Shown here one piece after another: positions 38,967-51,700 of a stretch of 64,000 nucleotides of DNA. Below the pieces are notes generated by a model. The model ran no database searches, had not been told where the DNA came from, and saw only the letters and a program-made list of their open reading frames with translations. Source of the stretch: Malacoraja senta (lineage: Eukaryota). Both the position numbers and the translations under genes were made by a program. Positions within the stretch are counted from its first letter, which is position 1, and each line of letters opens with the position of its first letter. The stretch covers positions 1 through 64,000 of the forward strand of contig JAXLNO010000253.1 of assembly GCA_038087875.1 (NCBI GenBank), given 5' to 3'.

Positions 38967-39687
38967 ATAAATATAAGGGAAGCTTTAAGAACTGAGTATT
39001 CCATGTGTCAGTGACCTTGATGAACTGTTGTACTAGCCCGATACCCATCTGATCAGTTTGTTCAACAACACAGAATAAACCCTCAGGCACAACCCCAAAT
39101 TTGAACACACAGTGGAGCCAAACACTCTGTTGTCATGTGGGATTGCTGTAGCATTGGCCTCACCAGATTAAAGATTATTTGTTAAACTGAGGCCCCTTCT
39201 GGCCTCTTGGGACACAATAGATTTTGGAACGTGAATCACCAAAGTGCAGTGGAGACACCTTGGTCTCCTGGTTTCCTGGCCAATATTCATCCCTCAGTAA
39301 ATAGGAACATGTTGAGGGCAAATTGGAGACCATATTTTCTACATGACTACACTAGCTACACTTCAACTTCTGGCATGTTTATTTGATAATGGTTTACACA
39401 GGGGATGGTGACACAATCACCACGTGGTCATATCATTGCAGAACAGCACCTGAAATTATACAGCAGACTCCTCATGGCAACGCAGGTAGACAGGACAATC
39501 CACATTGCATAAATAATGCTTTAATTGACCACAAAAAGTCTGAAATCTATTTTTCAACAACATGTGCACAAACAGATACTTTTCTTATCCAAAATAGATT
39601 GTTCTTTTCTCCTTGTATCAGAGATAACATTGTCATTGATAATGTGGGGAATCTGTGCTGCATTAAGGATGTCTTCATGTAGTTTAC

Positions 39688-39792
39688 CTGTAGGCTTGCG
39701 CTTTCTTTGACAGAACTCCACTGCCAGTATAATGACGATGAGAACAACCAGACCTCCGATAATTACAACAAATCTGAGGAAAGTATAATTCC
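39688..39792 (-). CDS. Transmembrane exon ([34 protein letters not shown])
   Basis: 105 nt, phase 1-1, ttttgacag| and |gtaaac; hydrophobic helix followed by Cys and a basic stop-transfer. Confidence 0.82.
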
Positions 39793-42700
39793 CTGTCAAA
39801 ATAATAAACACAGAGTTCACATTTGTAGAATAAATGGACATCATTCAAAAGCTCCCCCAAAGACCAGGCATTAACCACACGGACTAATTTAGATCAGAAG
39901 TCTTGAGTTTAACTTGTGATCCAGATTCACTGAGACACAAGGTACTGCAGATGAGAGTTTACCAATAAAAGAGACAAAGTGTTGGAGAAACTCAGCAGGT
40001 TCGGCAGGTGACATTTCAAGTCGCAGCCCTTTAGTCTGAAGTAGGGTCCTGACCCAAAACCTCACCTATCCATGTTCTCCAGAGATTCCGCCTGACCCGT
40101 TGAGTTACTCCAGCACATTGTGTCTTTTTTTCCACAGATTAATTGACCTTACTCAGAAAGATCAGAGAACCACAACTTGCCTCAGTAGCCATCAGTTAGA
40201 GACTGTAAACATTCACACAAGTTTCTATTTCTTGGTTACAATCAGCTGACATTTCTCAGGCAGGAGATGGGAGCTGATGGTTGGTTGATAAAGTAGCTGA
40301 TTCAGCTGTGATACTTCCCACTGTACAGTGGACAAATGTCTATCATAGTCTAAGCCTGGAACAATGGTTGAATGAGCACTGCTGACAACAGAGTGGATAT
40401 TGCCCTCCAGCTTCAATCCTCTCTAACCAGGAGCACAAGAACTGTAAACGTTAGAAATACTCAGCCGTTTCAGCAGTATCCGTGGAAAGGGAAAGAAGTG
40501 AGTTCATGTTTTATGATGAATAAAACGTTGTCAGATTCAAAGAAAGGATCTTTGACAATAGACAATAGGTGCAGGAGTAGGCCATTCAGCCCCTCGAGCC
40601 AGCACCTACATTTAATGCGATCATGGCTGGACTCAAGATTCAAGATTCAAGAGAGTTTATTGTCATGTGTCCCAGTTAGGACAATGAAATTCTTGCTTTG
40701 CTTCAGCACAACAGAATATAGACGGCATGAATACAGAACAGATCAGTGTGTCCATATACCATTGTATAAATATATAAACACATGTATAAATAAAACAGAT
40801 AAAGTGCAAATAAACAGATAATGGGCTATTAATGTTCAGAGTTTTGTTTGTTGAGTTTAATAGCCTGATGTCTGTGGGGAAGTAGCTATTCCTGAACCTG
40901 GATGTTGCAGTCTTCAGGCTCCTGTACCTTCTACCTGAAGGTAGCGGGGAGATGAGTGTGTGGCCAGGATGATGTGGGTCCTTGATGAAGCTGCCAGCCT
41001 TTTTGAGGCAGCAACTGCGATAGATCCCCTCGATGGTGGGGAGGTCAGAGCCGATGATGGACTGGGCAGTGGTCACAACCTTTTGTAGTCTTTTTCACTC
41101 CTGGGCGCTCAAGTTGCCGAACCAAGCCACGATGCAACCGGTCAGCATGCTCTCTACTGTGCACCTGTAAAAGTTCGAGAGAGTCCTCCTTGACCAACCG
41201 ACTCTCCGTAATCTACTCAGGAAGTAGAGGCGCTGATGTGCTTACTTTATAATAGCATCAGTGTTCTCGGACCAGGAGAGATCTTCAGAGATGTGCACGC
41301 CCAGGAATTTGAAGCTCTTGACACTTTCCACCATCTACCCGTTGATATCAACGGGACTGTGTGTCCCCATCCAAAGTCCACAATCAGTTCCTTGGTTTTG
41401 TTCCTCTTTCACAGTTGTTCCTCTTTCACAGTTCCTATCTGTCTTGCTGATTATTATTATTATTTTTCATTCCGATTTTCAACTCCTAAAATTAATTTTG
41501 GTCTTCAAGTACTAAAACTGTATTGTGCATGTAACCATTGCCTACTGATGTCAATGAGGTTGGACACATTATTATTGCAATCCTAATGAGCACATCTTCA
41601 TGTGTTTTTAGTGTAAAATTGCAGATGGTTGATCCATGCATTAATTCCACACACCAACTAATCTATTCACTCACTGATTGATATCCCCTGCCCTTTAAGG
41701 ACAGCTCAACACCCAAAAGCATCAGTCTGCAATGAGGCCAAAGGATGGAGAGGCTGGTGTGCGCGACCCTTGTAAAATAAAGTTCAACTTCATTTCTGCT
41801 CCATAGTGTAGGTATGTTACAAAACTTACCTTCAGTCGCGCTGTAATTCTGCCACTGGCCGTGTGCGCGATTTTGGCGCCTTTAAGGGGGGGGGCGGGGT
41901 TAAAACGCGGGTTTCTCCCTTGTCCTGGAAATATTTTGTTGGAGTACAAAACTTCGCTGACAAAATCGTTCCTACCGGCGATTTGTGAATTTTTTTTTAA
42001 AATTAAATCGTCAATGTCAGCGCTAGAGTCATTTTAAAAGCAGCTCCTGAAGCGTCAACGCCAATAACGGGGACGGATTTCACACAATGGACAGGTAAAC
42101 AAAAGTGCTTTCTTTAAATGTATAAAAGTGCTTCTTAAGAAGCCTTTAATTCACATTTTGTCATGCGACACGGTGATTTTATTCCCCGAATTAACGGCAG
42201 TATTTTTCATGCCAATACGGGGTTAAATTCACCGCAAATGAACGTTCCAAAAGATCGCGTTCCAGTAATTCTCACTCGCAAGATGAATTAAATCCCCATT
42301 AATTTACAGGTATTAAACATTCAATTCCTTCCATTTGGCCTGTAAATTCATGAAAATTAGATTTAAAAATTATGTTATATTGTGAATTATTGTGTGAATG
42401 TTATTTGGACACTTAGGCTATTTAAAAATGTTAATCTATTCTTAAGAAATTGATAGATGTTTAGATCTAGTAATTGAATTTTGTAATTAGCTACAATTAG
42501 GTAACTAACTAATTATATGCTTTACTTTCATGTCTTCGAAGTAAGATTGTTTCATATTTGTTTCAGAATGCTTCAATCTATAATACCTGAAAATTTCTTT
42601 CAGTTACCATAATTTTTAAGAAAGTTATGGGCTTTTAACTGTCCTCGATCACAGCTTTTGTGTTAAGTCAATGGAAAAGCAATAGGGAACTAGATGCTAA

Positions 42701-45700
42701 TTTCTGAGTATGATAATGGCCATAACTTTTTTAATACTGAAGATATGAAAGTGAATTAAGTGTCAAATTAAACTTCTTTTTATGCTTTATCTGATGGGAT
42801 AAATTGCAGACTTTATTTTTTAAATCTCAAAATTTTGTAACATTGCTACATAGTGAGACTGTGCTAGATGAGCGTACATGGGGAGGCTTCTGCTCAGCCG
42901 GGAGCACAGATTTCCAATCTGGGAGGTGGGGACACGACAGTGGGAGTGGGTGTGGGTGGGAGTGGCCTCTCCCTTGATGCAGCGGCTGACGGAGCAGGGT
43001 TTTACTGGCACTGAGGCACAGGCAGAGGACAACCAAAGTCTTCATTCCTCAGTGGACTCTCAGCTGACTGTAGTCAGAGCCCTGTTGTCCTCTCTCAGGG
43101 GGAGACTGCTGCTCGCCAGGAGTAAGGATTAATAACACCAACCTATAGCACACAGTGACCACCAGGGAGCTGGTTGCTGTGTTCAGTCAAATAATCACCT
43201 CAGATGGTGCATTGAAGCAGTTGAATCGGCAAGTCAAACTGTAAACATGTCACAAAGAGATGACACAATGAATGCGGCATGGTGGCGCAGCGGTAGAGTT
43301 GCTGCCTTACAGTGAATGCAGCGCCGGAGACCCGGGCTCGATCCCGACTACGGGTGCTGTCTGTACGGAGTTTGTACTTTCTCCCCGTGATCTGCATGGG
43401 TTTTCTCCGAGATCCTCGGTTTCCTTCCACACTCCAAAGATGTACAGGTTTGTAGGTTTATTGCCATTGTAAATGTAAAAATTGTCCCTAGTGGGTGTAG
43501 GATAGTGTTAATATGCGGGGATTGCTGGTTGGCGTGGACCCGGTGGGCCAAAGGGCCCGTTTCCGCAATGTATCTCTAAACTAAAGTAAACAGTAAACAT
43601 GGTTGGTATAAGTGAGATTCTTTTTATGGTGTTCTCTGTCCAGTTATTACCATGGCACACTGAAGAGAGAGTTTGAAGACAAGAGTCAATAATGCTCTTT
43701 CAACACATCAATGGCATCATTGTTCATTTATGCATCATTTATTCAGTCTGAACAGAATGGATTGTGGAAGGATGCTCCCTTCAGTGGAAAGGCTGAGCAC
43801 AAAAAGTTATAGGTTTAAAATAAAGGGGAAACATGTTAGAATGACTTGAGGAAAATCTTTTTAGGCAGCAGGTAGTTGGACTCTGAAGTGTATTATCTGC
43901 ATCAGTTGGGGAGCTGGGTTCTATCGTGGCTTTCCAGAGAGAATTGGACAAATATATAGTGATGAAAAAGCTGCAATGTAATGGCAAAAAGAGAGGGGGT
44001 AGAATTAGCAAGTTGCACTGGATGAGAGTTAGCATGGATATGATGGGTCAAATGGCCACCTTCTGTGCTACAACCATTCCACAATTCTATGATTGATTGA
44101 TGTCATTATCTGTGAGGAATTAAAGTGTTCCTGTTGGGACATTGATACTTTCCACTTTGTGCTTCACTGACTCTTCATTGATCTATGTGTGGTGGAGATT
44201 GTTTCTTTGTGCTTGGGTGTTTACAGGATCTTCCTCTGTTAGGGATCAGTGCTTTGCCTTCTGTCAGCATTGTACAAAATGTCTTTCACCGAGGTTTGGG
44301 ACCACATGAAGGGCAGGGATTAATGGATGGGTGGGATTGGGAGGAAAGGGCGTGTTTAGTTTAGAGATACAGCGCGGAAACAGCCCCTTCTGCTCGCCAA
44401 GTCCACACCAACCAGCGATTCCCACAGACTAACACTATCCTACACACACCAGGGACAACATACAATTAAACCAAGCCTATTAACCTACAAACTTGTACAT
44501 CTTTGGAATTTGGGAGAAAACCGGAAATCCTGGAGAAAACCCACGCAGGGCACGGGATGAAGGTACAAACTCCATACAGACAGCACCTGTAGGCAGGATT
44601 GAACCCGGGTCCCTGGCGCTGTAAGGCAGCAACCCTACCACTGAGCCACCATGATCAGACAAGGTGAAGACATCAGTATTCCCTCCCCCACATCTTCTGT
44701 TCTCACATGGCAGCCTTTGGTGAAGTTACTGTGGATGCTTCAACTGCTGTAATGTTTTACAGCATCAGAACAGGGGAAAGATACTTGTACAACTATTTTT
44801 AAGATGATTTTCACTACTTTTGTGATCTTTAAGGGGCACAGTTTGGGTGTTATGGCTAAGATCTTCTACCAAGCTGCCCACCTTACTATACTGACCTCTG
44901 ACAAAAAGGTTCACAGTTACACACTGGTTTTCATACTACAGGACCAGTTTTCATACCTATGGAGACACTTATCAACAAGGACAGATATTGATGATGAAAT
45001 TCCCGATCACCTTCAATGAGATGGCCAACACAGGTCTTGGTCAGTGGTCTGCCAGCAGTAGTGATCCATGTGCTCCCATGTGATTTGATTTGATTGATTG
45101 ATTGATTGATTTTTACTTTATTAATCCCCTTATTCAGGGGAAATTCTGATGTCCTTGCAGCACACTAATAAAAATACAACATAGCATTAAGAAGTTTAAC
45201 ATTAAACATAAAAACATCCCCCCACAATGGTTCCCATTATGAGGGAAGGCACAAAGTCCAGTCCCCATCCCTATGTCCACCCATAGTCGGGCCTATTGAG
45301 GCCTCCACAGTCGCCACTACGGAGGCTCGATGTTCCTGGCCGTTCTCACCGGGTGATGGTACTCCGGCGTCGGGAGAACCCTCTCAGCGGCTTGGGGTGC
45401 CAGGAACGGCCGCCTTCTTACCAGAGACCGCGGCTTCCAAGCCAACAGTCCGCTCTGGACGGAGCTGCACATACTGGTGATCTCAGCGAGAGATCCCAGG
45501 CTCCGCGATGTTAAAGTCAGCGCCGCCGCCCGCAGCTGGCCGCTCCACAGCCCCGCGGCTCCGCGATGTTTTTATCGGCAGTCCCCGCAGCTGGCCGCTC
45601 CACTGACCCGCGGCTCCGCGATGATTTTATCGGCGGTCCCCGCAGCTGGCCGCTCCACAGCCCCGCGGCTCCGCGATGATTTTATCGGCGGTCCCCGCAG

Positions 45701-48700
45701 CTGGCCGCTCCATAGACCCGCGGCTCCGCGATGATTTTATCGGCGGTCCCCACAGCTGGCCGCTCCACAGACCCGCGGCTCCGCGATGTTTTTATCGGCG
45801 GTCCCCGCACCTGGCCGCTCCACAGACCCGCGGCTCCGCGATGTTTTTGTCGGCGGTCCCAGCATACCGGAGTTCCAGCGTGGCGACCCAGACAAGGCAT
45901 CGCCCAATCCGCGATAGCGCTCCAGCGCTGTGCCGCCGCCGAAGCCAAGGTTCTGGCCACATCCACTCAGGAAACGCCGCTCCAGGCCCCGCTGGTAGGC
46001 CGCGAGGACGGGTCAAAGGCGCTGCTCGGAGTAAGGCAACCCCTCCGACCAGGTAGGGACTCAAAAAACAGTTTCCCCCTTCCCCCCCACCACCCCCCAC
46101 ACATAAAAAGATTAGGCCCCCTGACTGCACCCTCAACGTACTAAAAATAATAAAAAAGAAGGGGTAAATAACGGACAGCTGCAGGACAGGCAGCCGTTCA
46201 GGACAGCGCCTCCTCCGGAATGCTTCAGAGACCTGGACTACTTACAATAGAAGTGACCTTATAGGCATGGACAAGAGGTTTGAAGGAAATGTCTATCATT
46301 GAGCTCTACTTAAAGTAAGACACGGAATGTTAAAAGTTATCCAAAAAGAATAGCAACGTGACAAGAACTCTGTGTCGAGATAACGAAGAGCAGAAGCTAA
46401 GAAACTTACTGTTCACCTGCAGATTATATGGAATGAAAACCTTGGCTGTGCTTTGATGAAACAAACCACATGTCCATTTCCTTCTTACTCCATCAGCTAT
46501 TGCAATAATCAGCTGCAAAGAATTGTCCTCCTGCTTTGTTTGCATGAGATCTTTCTCCTCTACAACTTTGCCTTCATCATTGATCCAAACCAGTCTCATT
46601 GACTCAGTGACATGAGACACAGAGCAGGTCAGGGTAATCTTTCTTCCCTCAGTCACTGCGCCAGATGGTTCAGTTGTGACTGTGGAAAGAAGAAAATTGT
46701 AAAACAATGAATTTTGTCTGGATTGTGTTGTGTTTTTCTCAGTACTTTGACACCAGTATCTGGTGTTCTAAGTGTGTAAAATTATATTACACAACAAGAG
46801 TTAGAGGCATAGTCACACAGCATGAAACAATTCGGTCCATTCAGCCCAACTCATCCATGCCGCCCAAGATGCTCCATCTAAAATATGTTCCCGCATTTGG
46901 CCCATATCCCTCTGCACCTTTCCCATCCATGCACCTCTCCAAATGTCTTTTCCATAATCATTCACAACAGTTTTGAACTAATTATACAAAGAGCAACCAA
47001 TGCCCACATCATTGTCTCTGGCCACAGTTTTGGCCACAACACTCATCAGGTAAATATTAATCGATAAATTCCACAAAATACACTCGGTTTTAAGCCTCCA
47101 GTGAGCCTTCAAAAATTAGGATGGGTCGTTTTGGATCAAAGAAACTTGGGGAATGTGTTAAGAGATTTTTTTTTTCCATTTTTTTATTTTTTAGAAGTAA
47201 GTACAATAATGTGGGACCAAAGTACCTAATACTTATTGACATATTACATTTCATATACAACTGCTTATTTTTAATTTAATAATGAAGCAAAAATAAGAAA
47301 TGAAAGATTACAAAAGGAAAGATTGAGATGAAGTGTGCGTGAGATAGAAAAATAGCCCTAGAAAAAAAATGAGGAGAAAAAAAGAAGAGAAGAAAGAAAG
47401 AAAAAATAAACAAAAGAGAAGAGGAAAGGAGATTGAAAGCGATATATCTATTTGATAATCCTACCCCCAGTCACCTGTTTCTGAACCATTATATTTCTAT
47501 GATTGTGTTGCACCATATGCTTGTAGAAAGTCGATAAAGGGAGACCACATCAATAAGAAGAGGTCTACCTTACCTACTAGAAGGAGTCGTATTTCTTCAA
47601 GATATGCCGTTTCTGACAGATTTGAAAGCCACATTTTCACCATTGGTGTTGGTGAATTTTTCCAAAATCTAAGTATGAGGTTTTTTTGCCATTATTAAAC
47701 CGTAATTAAGTAAGGATTTTTGATACGTATTTAGCTTATTCCCATCTTCTATTGATCCAAAGATAATCATTTCTGTATTCGATTCCAGTCTTCTATTAAA
47801 TAATTTTGTAAAAATGTCAAAAATGTCATTCCAGAATTTATGAAGTTTTATACAGGAGAGAAAAGAGTGTGTTATAGTGGCATTCTCAGCTAAGCATTTA
47901 TCACATATTGGTGAGATATTTGGATAACATTTATTCAATCTAGTTTTCGAGTAATATAGTCTATATAAAATTTTAAATTGGATTAAATTATGTTTTACAT
48001 TAATCGAACATTTATGTATATATATCAGGTATTTTTCCCATGCTTCTTTCGCAATTTTTAGCTGTAATTCTTGTTCCCAATCTACTCTAATTGCCTCTGT
48101 CGATGGAGGTTCTATATTTAAAATGATATTATATGTATGATATTAAATTGCTTGAATCTGCTTTAATATTCATCGCTTCATCTAGTGAATCTAAAGTTAT
48201 ATTTTGATATCCTTGTATGTGATTTTTCAAATAATCTCTAATTTGAAGGTATTTAAAGTATTGATTATTTTTCAAGTTGTATTTTAATTGTAGTTGTAGA
48301 AATGATTTAAAAAAAATCCCATTTCATACAAATCTCCAAAGCTTTTAATTGCTAATCTTTCCCAAAAGGTATACGCTTTATCAATAAGAGATGGCTTAAA
48401 TGAGGGGTTATTTACTATTGGAGTTAAAAGCGATAAATTTCTTATTTTCAAAGTTAGTTTTATTTGTTTCCAAATTCGAATTGTGTTGTAAATAATTGGG
48501 TTCTTCTTATATATTATATTGTTTAATTTTATCGGGAGAAGAGGATCGCTCCTATATTAAAAGGAGAACAATCCTCTTTCTCCATTCTTATCCATTCTAT
48601 CTGTTGGGCAGAGCTGTCCAACCAATTAATTATGTTTTTAATATGTACTGCCCAGTAGTAGTATAAAATCTATAGTCCTATATGACTATAGATCTATAGT

Positions 48701-51700
48701 CCTATATGAAGTTAGTAATACTAGAGTCTAATTTTTTAAAGAAGATTTTTGGTAAGTATATTGGAATAGATTGAAATAGGTATAATATTTGTGGTAGAAA
48801 AATCATTTTTATAGCATTTATTCTACCTATTAAAGACATCGGCAAGGTTTTCCAGAATTTAATCAACCCATTCAGTTTAGTTAGTAAAGGCATAACATTT
48901 GCATTAGATAATGATTTATGTTTTCTAGTAATTTGGATACCCAAATACTTAACTTTTTCTGTTGCAATTTTAAAGGGAAATTTTAACAGATGTGTCGAGT
49001 CTTGTGGTTTTAACGTAATAATTTCACTTTTCTTCCAATTTATTCTATATCCTGAAAATGAGCCAAATTCCTCTATTAAATTTAGTATGTTTGGTATACT
49101 AATTTGCGAATTTGTGATGTATAATAATACGTTGTCTGCGTATAGTGAGATTTTATTATTTGAATCTTTGGTATTATATCCCCGAATATTCGGATGGCTT
49201 CTTATACTTTCTGCTAAAGGCTCTATCACAAGTGCAAATAGTAGGGGTGATAGTGCACACCCCTGTCTATTGCCCCTTGTTAAATGAAATTTTAAAGATA
49301 ACATATTATTAGTCAGTATTCTAGCTAGTGTTAAGAGAAGTTGAATGATTTTTAAAATATTTTTGATGGAAGCTCATTTGCACCTTTGTGAATCACATTT
49401 CATCATATTCCCTCTCATGTATAAAACAATGAGTTTTCAGCAAAATAAATGAATATAACATTTGATGTGCTTCCCAATAATGTTGGTTTAGGGCAGATTT
49501 TGGGTTCAGCAAAATACAAATAAGTTGAAGAGGAAGCTCTGGAGGTAAAATAATTCTTTAAACTTGGGAATTTCTGCTGGCATTGCAGTCTGTACTCAGA
49601 TTAGAAACTCTACACCAGTAACTTAATTCTTGAAAGTAGTAACATCCAGTCTCCTACCTGTAACTGTGATTAGTTCAATGGTCACATATATATTTGATCC
49701 CGTGGAACATGTGTAAACTCCGGCATCTGCAAACTGCACGGGGACAATCCTCACACGGAAATTCTTGCCATTCACATTTCCCTCTGTGGTTTCCAGTCGA
49801 TTCCCAAAGTAGCTCCTGTCGACATGTATCGGCTCAGACCTGTGTGAAGAAGCTATTTCCTTCTCTTGATTCTGGAAACGTGATGATCTCCAAGTCCATT
49901 TGGTTTCACTGAGCTCAGGAGAAGCTTCACAAATCAGATCGAGTTCACTGTGATCTGTGACAGCGATAAACTGTGTACATCTTGTTAACTAAATCTGCAA
50001 GAGAGGGACAGGGAACAAAGAATTAGATTTCCACACACGCCGAGATATAATGTTGTGAGTTTCCACAGGGACAAACCCCCGACTCTGGGATGTCAGCTGG
50101 GACCCCTGGTTCTGGACTCGCCCAACATGGGGAACATTTTTCCTGCATCTAGCCTGCCCAATCCCTTAATAATTTTATAGGTTTCTATAAGATCCCCTCT
50201 CATCCTAAATTTCAGTGATTTATAAACCCAGTCGTCCCATTCTTTCATCATATGTCAGTCCGCCATTCCAGGAATTAACCAGGTGAACCTATGCTGCACT
50301 CCTTCGATAGCAAGAATGTCCTTTCTCAAACTAGAGACCAAAACTGCACACAATACTCCAGGTGTGGTTTCACCAGGGCCCCGTACAACTGCAGTAGGAT
50401 CTCTTTGCTCCTATACTCAAATCATCTCGCTATGAAGGCCAACATGCCATTTGCTTTCTCCATTGCCTGCTGTACCTGCATGCTTACTTCAGCACGATGT
50501 CCAAGTCACCCTAATCATAAAGCTGGTGTCCTGTTGACATAGCAACAACCTGAAGCTCAGTGCTCTTAAGACAGTGGAATTGATTGTAGACTCAATCCTC
50601 CCCTCCTGATTGTAGAGCTCCCCCTCCCCTCCCTCCACAGTCAAAAAATCCCATCAGAGGATGTACTTCCTGCGGCAGCTGAGGAAACACAACCTGCCAC
50701 AGGCAATGATGGTCCAATTCTACATGGCCATCATAGAGTCTGTCCTCACCTTCTCCATCATGGTCTGGTTTGGCTCAGCCACCAAGCACGATACCTGGAG
50801 GCTGCAGCGAATCATCCGATCAGCTGAGAAAGTTATTGGCTGCAACCTTCCCTCCATTGATGAACTGTACACTGCAAGGACCAGGAAGCGAGCGGGCAAG
50901 ATCATCTCTGACCCCTCTCACCCTGGCCACAAACTCTTTGAATCACTTCCCTCTGGCAGGTGAGTCCAGACTCAAAGCCGCCACAGCCAGACATAAAAAC
51001 AACTTCTTCCCACGAGCCGTAGCTCTACTCAACAGCCAAAAGTTGGTAGCCTCTTTTTACTCCGGTACTTTATTTTCACATGTTTAAATTATAATGTTTT
51101 ATTTTTAATTGTCTGTTGTATATCGTGTTTTTACCACATGCGAGCAAAGCACTGTCAAATTCCTTGTGTATGATTACGTGGCCAATAAAATGTGATTCTG
51201 ATTCTGATATTTCCTCTGCATTTATACTTGAATTAGTTCATATGTTCCTGTTCTGTTATACACTGAAAACTAGATGTTATTTCCATCACTGGATATTATT
51301 CTCTTTGATTCATGCAGGTGAACTGAAATGAATCCCTTGGTTCTCCTGTGTTGCTCCATCAATCTTAGTGCCACCATTTTATATTTACATCATGTCCCAG
51401 GGTAAAGGCAATGTCCACATCCTGCAGTATGGAAGCCCACGGGTGGAGTCAGTGCTCACTATACAACATGTGGAACAGTTTGATATCAAGAACTATTTAA
51501 TACCTGCTGCAAGGCAGCTTTGGACTCACCCTGATCCACTTCAACATTGGTGTCTCCAGTGAGAACAATGGAGGTATTTTCCTGCACTTCCCATGTGTAC
51601 AGATTGGGATTTCCTGCTCCAATGTGTTGGATCATCAGATAGACGGCGTTATTCAGACGGATCTGATCAGCGTTGTTCCTCCTGTTCTGCTGAGATGAGC

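Noticed and set aside
38975..39005. Minus-strand MEYSVL as an ITIM-like tail exon
   Set aside because: An in-frame TGA lies two codons upstream and there is no acceptor between them.
43274..43360. tRNA gene
   Set aside because: A/B boxes belong to a SINE head continuing into a V-domain and LINE-like tail.
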